32,000 bases of DNA from Candidatus Methanophagaceae archaeon. Its GTDB lineage: Archaea > Halobacteriota > Syntropharchaeia > Alkanophagales > Methanospirareceae. The notes below the pieces were generated by a model. That model was not told where the DNA came from. It did no database searches and saw only the letters and a list, made by a program, of their open reading frames with translations. Location of the stretch: contig PQXB01000001.1 of the NCBI GenBank assembly GCA_003194425.1, positions 370,444 through 402,443 on the forward strand, written 5' to 3'. The translations under genes were made by a program, and so were the position numbers. Positions 25,394-32,000 of the stretch are shown here, piece after piece (the stretch's first letter is position 1; the number at the start of each line of letters is the position of its first letter).

Positions 25394-26719
25394 TCACGAA
25401 AACCCCAACAGCCGACCGACGCCAAGAATCAGCCCCGCGACGACGAACGCCAGAACCGTGAGGTAAGCCATCGAAAAAACCGTCCACTTCAGCGAGTTCG
25501 TCTCTCGCCAAATCGCTCCGATTGTCGCCACGCACGGAACGTAAATCAAGACGAAAGCCATAAACGCAAGCCCCGTTAACGGCGTGAAGACGCCCGCACT
25601 CACGAGCGCGTCGCCCACCGCTTCTTCGCCCGTTCCAAGCAGCAGAGCGTAAGTCGCGACCACAACCTCTTTCGCAAGGAAGCCGAAAACAATCGCAACC
25701 CCTGCCCGCCAGTCCCAGCCAAACGGTGCGAAGACAGGTTCAATGAAGTGCCCCAACGCAGCCACATAAGACGCCTCGATAATTTCGCCGCCCTCGGTCG
25801 CTGCCCACGGGTGCACCGAGAGGAACCAAATCACGACCACGACCGCGAAAATCACCGTCCCCGCTCTTATCAGGAACCACTTGCCCCGCTCCCACATATG
25901 CAGAACCGCACTCTTCGCAGTCGGCACAGCGTAGCGAGGCAGTTCAAGCACGAACGGTGCAGGTCGCCCCTTAAAAAGCGTCCTTCGGAAAACGAGAGCC
26001 ATCACAATCGCCAGCACAATTCCGAGCACGTACATCGAGAAGACCGCAGTCCCCGCAGCACCACTGCCAAAGCCAAAGACCACGCCTGAAATTAGCACGT
26101 AAACAGGCAGCCGCGCACCGCAACTTATCAGCGGGTTCACCAAAATCGTGATCATCCGGTCCTTCTCGTTCTCGATGCTGCGGGTCGCCATAATCGCGGG
26201 AATGTTGCACCCAAACCCGCACATCATCGGAATAAACGACCTCCCGTGCAGCCCCAACTTGTACATTATTCTGTCCATCACGAACGCCGCTCGTGCCAAG
26301 TAGCCACTACCCTCCAGCACAGCGAGAGCGAGGAAGAGCAGAAAAATCGGCGGCACAAAGACCAGCACCGACCCCAGCCCACCGAAAATCCCGTCGGCTA
26401 CGAAGGACGCCAAGTGCGGGTGTTTTGCTCCCAGTCCCGCCGCTGCCAAGCCCCCGAGCCAGCCAAAAGACCTCTCAATCCCCACCATAAACGGCTCGGA
26501 GAACGCGAAAGTGAATTGGAAGACCGCCCAGAGCAGAGCCAAGAAAATCGGAATCCCCAACAACTTGTGCAGAAACACGTGGTCAAGCATGTCTGTAAAA
26601 GTAGTCTTCTTCTCCGCCTCCTTCCGCACCGCAGTCTCCAGAATTTTCCCAATCGCCTCGTACCTCCGCTCCGCGAGAATTACCTCCGGGTCTTCTCCCA
26701 AATCCCAAATTTTACTCAT
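25394..26719 (-). CDS. feoB: Ferrous iron transporter FeoB, membrane (permease) portion as a separate cistron
   Basis: DHVFLHKLLGIPIFLALLWAVFQFTF, and gate-motif-like regions GCNIPAIMATR and CGARLPVYVL. Has its own ATG behind GGGAGGAGAG, 1 nt after the G-domain cistron stop. Confidence 0.9.
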   Translation of the reverse strand: MSKIWDLGEDPEVILAERRYEAIGKILETAVRKEAEKKTTFTDMLDHVFLHKLLGIPIFLALLWAVFQFTFAFSEPFMVGIERSFGWLGGLAAAGLGAKHPHLASFVADGIFGGLGSVLVFVPPIFLLFLALAVLEGSGYLARAAFVMDRIMYKLGLHGRSFIPMMCGFGCNIPAIMATRSIENEKDRMITILVNPLISCGARLPVYVLISGVVFGFGSGAAGTAVFSMYVLGIVLAIVMALVFRRTLFKGRPAPFVLELPRYAVPTAKSAVLHMWERGKWFLIRAGTVIFAVVVVIWFLSVHPWAATEGGEIIEASYVAALGHFIEPVFAPFGWDWRAGVAIVFGFLAKEVVVATYALLLGTGEEAVGDALVSAGVFTPLTGLAFMAFVLIYVPCVATIGAIWRETNSLKWTVFSMAYLTVLAFVVAGLILGVGRLLGFS

Positions 26720-26720
26720 T

Positions 26721-27473
26721 TTATTTTGTCTCTCCTCCCTTTTTATTCACCGCAGCCTCTTTTATCTCCACGCCGTGAGGACTGTTCTCCACCAATTTCA
26801 AGACCTTCTCGTCCTTCTCCAAGACTTTTATCGCGAGCCACCTCGGCGGGTATTTTCCCGACAACTCCGCGTCCTTACTGACCGCTTTCTCTACATTTTT
26901 TATCAACGCCTCAATGTCCTCGCCGTAGCCCATCACAACTTTCCTCCGCTTCTCTCTCTCCTTCGCAGTCGCAGCCTTCACTACAGCCTCTTTCAACTCC
27001 TCCACGCCCTCGCCCGTGGTCGCGACCGTCGGCAGCACCGGCACGCCGAGCAACTCCGACAACTTCTCCAAATCCACCTCAATTCCCCGCTTCCGCACCA
27101 CATCCCACTGGTTCAACGCGACCACGAGGTTCGCCTCCAACTCCAACAGAAGCAGCGTCAAATACAAATTCCGCTCCAAATTCGTGCCGTCCAGAATGTC
27201 TACCACCACCTCCGGCTTCTCCTCCACGATGTAGTCCCTCGCAATCAGTTCGTCCAAAGCGTGCGCGGTCAGGCTGTAAGTTCCAGGCAAATCCACGACC
27301 TCCAACTCTTCTCCGCTGCCCTCTCCGCTGCCACTGCCCACTACGCACTTACCGGTCTTCTTCTCCACCGTCACGCCCGGCCAGTTGCCTACTTTCTGCT
27401 TCATTCCAGTCAGTCGGTTGAAAAGTTCGGTCTTTCCCACATTCGGATTCCCAATCAACGCCACCGTCGTCAT
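26721..27473 (-). CDS. feoB: FeoB N-terminal GTPase (G domain plus helical domain) as a separate cistron
   Basis: G1 GNPNVGKT, G2 GVTVEKK, G3 DLPG, G4 NQWD. Carries a GSGSGEGSGE insert between G2 and G3. Confidence 0.9.
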   Translation of the reverse strand: MTTVALIGNPNVGKTELFNRLTGMKQKVGNWPGVTVEKKTGKCVVGSGSGEGSGEELEVVDLPGTYSLTAHALDELIARDYIVEEKPEVVVDILDGTNLERNLYLTLLLLELEANLVVALNQWDVVRKRGIEVDLEKLSELLGVPVLPTVATTGEGVEELKEAVVKAATAKEREKRRKVVMGYGEDIEALIKNVEKAVSKDAELSGKYPPRWLAIKVLEKDEKVLKLVENSPHGVEIKEAAVNKKGGETK

Positions 27474-27560
27474 CTTTTTGTCTCCTCCTCTCTACTCTAC
27501 CTCCTCTACTTTGCCCCTTCTACTCTACCTCCTCTACTTTGCCCCCTCTACTTTGCCCCT

Positions 27561-28064
27561 CTACTCCTCTCTGCTGCTTACAAAAATCTTCATCGCAACG
27601 CCCCTGCCAAGTGCGATTCGTGCGTCCCGCACCCCGACAAGAATCGGTCCCTGCGGGTTTGACGCCAGAACCCGGACTTTTGCAGAGGGCGTGAAGCCCA
27701 TTTCAGAGAGTCGCTGCACCATTCCTCTGCCGCTTCTCATTTCCACAATCTCCGCTTCCTCACCAACCGAGAGAAACGCTAACGGCAGCACCGAACCCCT
27801 CGCCTTCAAATCCTCACCGTGCCGCATCAAATCGTGCAAGTGCTCGTCCACTTCCTTCAGGTGCTCCCCAACTTCGCTTCCTTCAAGTTCAGGGTGCGTC
27901 TGAATTACGTGCTCCACATCCTCGTGAACGTGCTCAAGGTCTTTGCTGAGGTGTTCAATCAGCCTGCCAAAAATTCTACTCCTGCCCTTTCCTTTCCCTC
28001 TTCCCTCCCCCTTCCCTCTTCCCTTGCCTCTCTCTACTCTCGCTCTTCCGAATTTTGACCTCAT
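27561..28064 (-). CDS. feoA: FeoA-domain protein with an RG-rich and His/Glu-rich N-terminal extension
   Basis: C-terminal FeoA/SH3-like domain ([36 protein letters not shown]...). The start is taken at the ATGA overlap with the upstream feoA stop (MRSKF). Confidence 0.7.
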   Translation of the reverse strand: MRSKFGRARVERGKGRGKGEGRGKGKGRSRIFGRLIEHLSKDLEHVHEDVEHVIQTHPELEGSEVGEHLKEVDEHLHDLMRHGEDLKARGSVLPLAFLSVGEEAEIVEMRSGRGMVQRLSEMGFTPSAKVRVLASNPQGPILVGVRDARIALGRGVAMKIFVSSREE

Positions 28065-28342
28065 TCTTTGACCACCTCCCCTAACTCCAGCCACACATTC
28101 TCCGCCTCCTCCCGCCGCAGCGTCAGGTTGTAGCCTCGCAAAAGAAACTCCACAGGGTCGCCGAGCGGGGCTCTCCTCACCACTTCTACCTCCGCACCCT
28201 TCACGATTCCCATATCCATTAACCGCCTTCGCAACGCATCTGCAGCAGCACCGCCAGCACCACCAGCAGCACCTCCGCCCTCGGTAACACGCGTAACTCT
28301 TCCCTTTTCACCCACCGCAACCTCACTCAACTTCTTCTCCAT
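28061..28342 (-). CDS. feoA: FeoA-domain protein
   Basis: [12 protein letters not shown]...[48 protein letters not shown]. Carries a GGGAAGGAGGAAA insert. Confidence 0.8.
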   Translation of the reverse strand: MEKKLSEVAVGEKGRVTRVTEGGGAAGGAGGAAADALRRRLMDMGIVKGAEVEVVRRAPLGDPVEFLLRGYNLTLRREEAENVWLELGEVVKE

Positions 28343-28399
28343 TTTTTTTCTTACCCCCTTCTCTCCTCTCTTCCTCTCCTCTTTTTCTCTTACCCCATC

Positions 28400-29203
28400 C
28401 TACTCCACCCAGACCTTCTCTGCGAGCCCGCGTCCGACAGTTACCAACTGCCCGCTTATTTTCGCAAGCACGTAAGACCCCCTTTTCGGAGTTGGGGCTG
28501 ACGCCTCCTTCCTGAGCAGTCTTACCTCGTTCCCCTCCTCGATTCCGTTCTGCTTAAATTTCTGCTCAAGCGAACTCCCGCCGAGTACTTTGCTCACTCT
28601 CGCCTTCTCGCCTTCTGCAAGAAAATTCATCTGAACTGACTGCCCTTCCTGCCCTTCTCTCTCAACTAGCACCTTTGACGCCTGCCCCTCTCCCATTTTT
28701 ACCTCCTGCCCGCGGTCTCCTTCGCCACCCTCTCCTTCGCCTCCCTCTCCTTCGCCTCCCTCTCCTTCACCGTCGGTCGTCACCACCAGCGTGTCGTCAG
28801 CGAGGTGCTGGAGGAACTCGACTTCGCCCCCTTTTTCTACGCCCAACTCCGAAAACCACTCTTCAAAGCCCTTGCCGCCCTCAATACTTTTCACCGTCCC
28901 TTTCTCTCCTGCCTCAAGCCGCAGAAGCGGAACCGTCTCGCCGGCTCCCGCACCGTCTCCAGCCTTCTCCACGTACACCTTGTCCGCCCAGCCGCGAGCC
29001 ACGACAGACTCTTTTCCTGCTACTCCGCCTGCTCTCAAAGAAATAGGACCTACGTGCAGGTGCACGGGTTCTGTGGCGACCACTGTGAGCTCGCTTCCCT
29101 CTGAAATCCCCAACTCGTCCAAGTGTGCTTTGACCTCCGAGCTACCGTCGATTTTCTTTACCACTACCTCTTCTTCCGGCTCAACCTCATTTAATTGTCT
29201 CAT
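28400..29203 (-). CDS. feoA: Protein made of three tandem FeoA domains
   Basis: Three copies of the pattern (l..l..Ge...V..i.g......l.elGi.eG.ev.v....) span roughly residues 1-80, 88-175 and 185-267. A GEGEGG x3 15-bp repeat lies at 28712-28774. Confidence 0.75.
   Translation of the reverse strand: MRQLNEVEPEEEVVVKKIDGSSEVKAHLDELGISEGSELTVVATEPVHLHVGPISLRAGGVAGKESVVARGWADKVYVEKAGDGAGAGETVPLLRLEAGEKGTVKSIEGGKGFEEWFSELGVEKGGEVEFLQHLADDTLVVTTDGEGEGGEGEGGEGEGGEGDRGQEVKMGEGQASKVLVEREGQEGQSVQMNFLAEGEKARVSKVLGGSSLEQKFKQNGIEEGNEVRLLRKEASAPTPKRGSYVLAKISGQLVTVGRGLAEKVWVE
28712..28774 (-). repeat. In-frame 15-bp tandem repeat (GEGEG units) inside the triple-FeoA gene
   Basis: ctccctctccttcgc units are visible in the nucleotides. 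Confidence 0.85.
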
Positions 29204-29411
29204 TTTCTTTTCTTCACCTGCGTTTAATTAAGAGTTGGGTGCATAAAATAGTTGCCCTAAAAACACTCGGTTTTCAATTTAAACCCCAAAGAAGTTAGGC
29301 TTTTGCAGAAAAACCTATTCCCTCTAAAAATTATTTACGCAAACAAAACAAATAAAAATCGTGAAAAAACCGAAAACCTTAAAAGTTAGCGGGAAAAATA
29401 TATAAAAATCA

Positions 29412-31223
29412 ATGAAAAAAATTGCGAAGAGGGAAATGGAAAAGAAGGGGGTGAGAGAAGAAGAGGAGAGGAAATGGAAAGGAGAAGCGAAATTTCGGGG
29501 GGGGGGGAGGGGGGAAAAAATTATTCTTGTTGTTCTTCTACCGGCTGCTGAAGCAGGCGTTGGGAATATTGGAGACGAGATTGACTTCTTGGAGTTCGAT
29601 GATTACAAAGGTAACACACCTGATCTAATTCAAGTCTCGGGCAATGTCTACGCCATCTTCTACTCAGGTTCCAGCCAAGACGGTTACTTGACGACCGTTA
29701 CGATTGGAAGCGACGGAAACATTGGCAACACGGTCTTAGATTCTGCAGAAATCTGCCCTGACCAAGGACTAACACCCGACCTAATTCACATTTCGGGCAG
29801 CGTTTACGCCGTCGCCTACTCAGGTCTAAATGGCTGGGGCAGTCTGAAAACATTCACGATTTTGGACGACGGCACTGTTTCGCCGTTCAACGAAACGCAG
29901 GTCTGGATTGACTGCTTGCGGTTTGAGGGCGGTAACGGCGTGGGCAGGGAACCCAGCATAATTCACATCTCGGGCAGCGTTTACGCAATTGCACACGGCA
30001 ACGAAACCGAAGCAAATAAAGGTTACATAACAACCGTCGAGATTGCGAGCAACGGTGCAATTAGTGACGCGGTCTTGGACAAAGAAGTGTTCGCTCCTTA
30101 CAAATGCAAAACACCCGACCTAATTCATATTTCAGGCGATGTTTACGCCGTCGCCTACAGAGGTCACAATGATTTGGGCAGCTTAAAGACAGTCAAGATT
30201 TTTGAGAACGGCACTGTCTCGCCGTTCAACGAGACGCAACTCTGGATTGACCTCTTGCGGTTTGATACTGAGACTGGCAAAGGGGTGTACCCGGAGATAA
30301 TTCACATCTCTGGCAATGTTTATGCAATTGCCTACGGAGGTGTAGACGACGACGGTTTTGTGAAGACCGTTACGATTGAAAGCGACGGTAGCATTGGCGA
30401 CGCGGTCTTGGACTCCTTTGAGTTCGCTCCTAACAACGGCGGCACGCCAGACATAATTCATATTTCAGGCGATGTTTATGCAATTGCTTACGAAGGGCTG
30501 ACTCAACAGGGCAGCCTGAAAACAATCACAATTTCAGACGCCGGCACCCTTTCAGAGACTTGTTTAGACCTCTTGCGGTTTGACACTACTCAAGGAAAAA
30601 CGCCAAGCATAATTCACATCTCGGACAGCGTTTACGCGGTCGCCTACACAGGTGAGTCTGACGACGGATACTTGAAGACGCTCGAAATAACCTCTTCAGA
30701 CTGCCTAATTTCGTGCGATTCCGGGGGCAACGAAAAAAACCAATTCGCACTGGGCGAAAACGTGTTTGTGAAAGGAGAGGGGCTTGCAGCGAACACGAAT
30801 TACACGATTTGGATACAACTTGACCCAGTGAGCGAGGGAGACGCGATTGTTTCGGCAGAAGACCCTTCCACGACAACGCCAAAGAATGAGACGGTAAAAA
30901 CCGACGCGCAAGGGGACTTCCCTGCGACGCTGATTTGGAGCATAAACGCGAGTGCACCCTTTACCTACCACGAGTACGACATTGTTGCAGACAACCTGGA
31001 GAGCGGGACAGTCGGGATCTACAATGTTGCGAGCGATGACTTGGATTCTGCGAGTGTTGCCGGCATTGTCGCACCGGTGCCGGATGTTTCAGCGCTGGTT
31101 CTGTTCGCGAGCGGGCTGGTTCTCGTTCTGGTGTATTTTGTTTGGGGGAGGAGGAAGAAGACTCACTTACGCCCTGCCTTCTTCTCCTTCTCTTTCTTCT
31201 TCTCGAACAACGAGGGCAGGTGA
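29412..31223 (+). CDS. Surface protein: seven-repeat beta-propeller-like region, Ig-like module, PEP-CTERM-like tail
   Basis: Seven copies of TPD(L/I)IHISG.VYA(V/I)AY... in two alternating subtypes. The C-terminus is VAPVPDVSALVLFASGLVLVLVYFVWGRRKK. The N-terminus is unusual: MKKIA, then a purine-rich low-complexity stretch, then KIILVVLLPAAEA. Confidence 0.75.
   Translation: MKKIAKREMEKKGVREEEERKWKGEAKFRGGGRGEKIILVVLLPAAEAGVGNIGDEIDFLEFDDYKGNTPDLIQVSGNVYAIFYSGSSQDGYLTTVTIGSDGNIGNTVLDSAEICPDQGLTPDLIHISGSVYAVAYSGLNGWGSLKTFTILDDGTVSPFNETQVWIDCLRFEGGNGVGREPSIIHISGSVYAIAHGNETEANKGYITTVEIASNGAISDAVLDKEVFAPYKCKTPDLIHISGDVYAVAYRGHNDLGSLKTVKIFENGTVSPFNETQLWIDLLRFDTETGKGVYPEIIHISGNVYAIAYGGVDDDGFVKTVTIESDGSIGDAVLDSFEFAPNNGGTPDIIHISGDVYAIAYEGLTQQGSLKTITISDAGTLSETCLDLLRFDTTQGKTPSIIHISDSVYAVAYTGESDDGYLKTLEITSSDCLISCDSGGNEKNQFALGENVFVKGEGLAANTNYTIWIQLDPVSEGDAIVSAEDPSTTTPKNETVKTDAQGDFPATLIWSINASAPFTYHEYDIVADNLESGTVGIYNVASDDLDSASVAGIVAPVPDVSALVLFASGLVLVLVYFVWGRRKKTHLRPAFFSFSFFFSNNEGR
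29497..29520 (+). repeat. Homopolymer block G11-A-G6-A6 in the 5' coding region of the propeller gene
   Basis: Read directly from the sequence and anchored to the ORF frame (codons R29-I37). Confidence 0.9.
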
Positions 31224-31258
31224 ATTGCGTAAGTGCCGTCTTCTTTTAGATTCATTAT

Positions 31259-31401
31259 TTTTCTACGCCCAACTCCGCCCAACTCCGAAAACCACTCTTC
31301 AAAGCCCTTGCCGCCCTCAATACTTTTCACCGTCCCCTTCTCTCCTGCCTCAAGCCGCAGAAGCGGAACCGTCTCGCCGGCTCCCGCACCGTCTCCAGCC
31401 T
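31259..31401 (-). pseudogene. Non-coding relic copy of part of the triple-FeoA gene (domain 2)
   Basis: Near-identical to 28832-28965, apart from one substitution and a 10-bp internal tandem duplication (gcccaactcc x2). An in-frame TAG lies immediately upstream and there is no start codon. It abuts the stop of the radical SAM gene. Confidence 0.6.
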
Positions 31402-31404
31402 ATT

Positions 31405-32000
31405 TCAGTAAAGAGCCTGAGTAAAAGAGCAGAGCGGGTCCTCGCCCCAAATGTCGCCTGCTTCCGCGTAAGCCCGCACCCTGCACCCGCCGCCGCACAA
31501 CTCCTTCTGGGGGCACGAACCGCACTTGCCCTTCAAGAACTTCGTCTTCTCGCGGAAAACGGCGAGGACAGGGTTCTTGGGGTCGTTCCAGAGTTCGCTG
31601 AACCTCCTCTCCCGCAGGTTCCCGATTTTGAACTCCGGCAACTGCGCGAACTGGCAGGGGTAGACGTTCCCAGCAGGGTCAACGTTCGCAACGCGGTCGC
31701 CTGCACTGCACGAGTCGCCGGTGTACTGCAGCAGCCTCAACGCGTTCTCGTACTCCGACTCCGGGCTGCCCTCGTCCTTTAATTTGCTCAAGAGGTAAAT
31801 TCCGTCCTGCGGAGCGTCCACGGTGAGAATTTCCATCTCCGCAGGGTTCAACGCCCTCGCCCGCTGGTAGAGCAGGTCAAAAATCTGGGCGACCTCCTGC
31901 GGCTTCAACTGCAAGTCGTAAATCTCCCGCCCCCGCCCGCTCGGAACGAGCCAGTAAACGCAGAACCGCGGCACTCCTAAATCGCGGGAAAGGTCAAGCA
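31405..32000 (-). CDS. Radical SAM enzyme, C-terminal part with a SPASM-type auxiliary Fe-S domain (NirJ/AhbC/AhbD-like); the 5' end lies outside the window
   Basis: The frame is open to nt 32000 (..LDLSRDLGVPRFCVYWLVPSGRGRE). Has the C-terminal Cys cluster CSAGDRVANVDPAGNVYPCQF...KGKCGSCPQKELCGGGCRVRAY. Confidence 0.7.
   Translation of the reverse strand, partial: LDLSRDLGVPRFCVYWLVPSGRGREIYDLQLKPQEVAQIFDLLYQRARALNPAEMEILTVDAPQDGIYLLSKLKDEGSPESEYENALRLLQYTGDSCSAGDRVANVDPAGNVYPCQFAQLPEFKIGNLRERRFSELWNDPKNPVLAVFREKTKFLKGKCGSCPQKELCGGGCRVRAYAEAGDIWGEDPLCSFTQALY

Noticed and set aside
26715-26725. The split feoB as a frameshift pseudogene.
   Set aside because: The break falls exactly at the boundary between the G/helical domain and the permease. 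The second cistron has its own SD (GGGAGGAGAG) and an ATG 1 nt after the stop, and both parts are full length with intact motifs.
29269-29285. Inverted repeat GGTTT-N7-AAACC in the feoA/propeller intergenic region, as a possible metal-regulator operator.
   Set aside because: The arms are only 5 bp, in a very AT-rich spacer. This is expected by chance, and it does not resemble the Fur or DtxR-type boxes I know.
1-32000. tRNA, rRNA or C/D-box sRNA genes, and transposase or integrase genes next to the duplicated fragments.
   Set aside because: I could not find a T-loop-like GGTTCGAATCC-type motif, rRNA-like segments or convincing C (RUGAUGA) / D (CUGA) box pairs in the intergenic spacers. No ORF shows DDE, tyrosine- or serine-recombinase motifs. 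A covariance-model scan would be needed to exclude small RNAs.

Overview
The window reads as archaeal chromosome, by inference from a methanogen-related, F420-using euryarchaeon. Core genes include rpl37ae-rpoP-pcc1, a Hel308-type helicase, A/V-ATPase subunit I, type-2 MetAP, a methanogen-type SerRS, hisC, priL, cofD, an NrdG-like activase and a multi-gene Feo iron-uptake locus. No tRNA, rRNA, CRISPR array, transposase or integrase was found.

Three accessory patches interrupt the core.
- About 7.7-11.2 kb: decayed and intact toxin-antitoxin pairs, a very Cys-rich secreted protein and an EpsI-like protein.
- About 21.0-25.3 kb: a frameshifted vapC, an 898-aa secreted protein (DUF2341 / LamG-like / C39-like peptidase domains) and a PaREP1-like gene.
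- About 29.4-31.4 kb: a seven-repeat propeller-like surface protein, bracketed by a duplicated feoA fragment.

Main leads:
- An exosortase/archaeosortase-type sorting signature: the EpsI-like protein plus two cargo proteins with PEP-CTERM-like tails. No sortase gene lies in the window.
- Frame-preserving 9-, 12- and 15-bp tandem repeats inserted into almost every conserved gene, together with long GA-rich repeat spacers between cistrons.
- Nearly identical gene-fragment duplications of serS, feoA and the feoB 3' end.
- An in-frame TAG followed by a membrane-anchor-like tail.
- A secreted-PLA2-like motif (CGS..GCRDHDDCYDAC).

Every functional call rests on motifs read by eye from the supplied translations. 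No HMM, BLAST or composition calculation was run. Hand-derived coordinates may be off by 1-2 nt.
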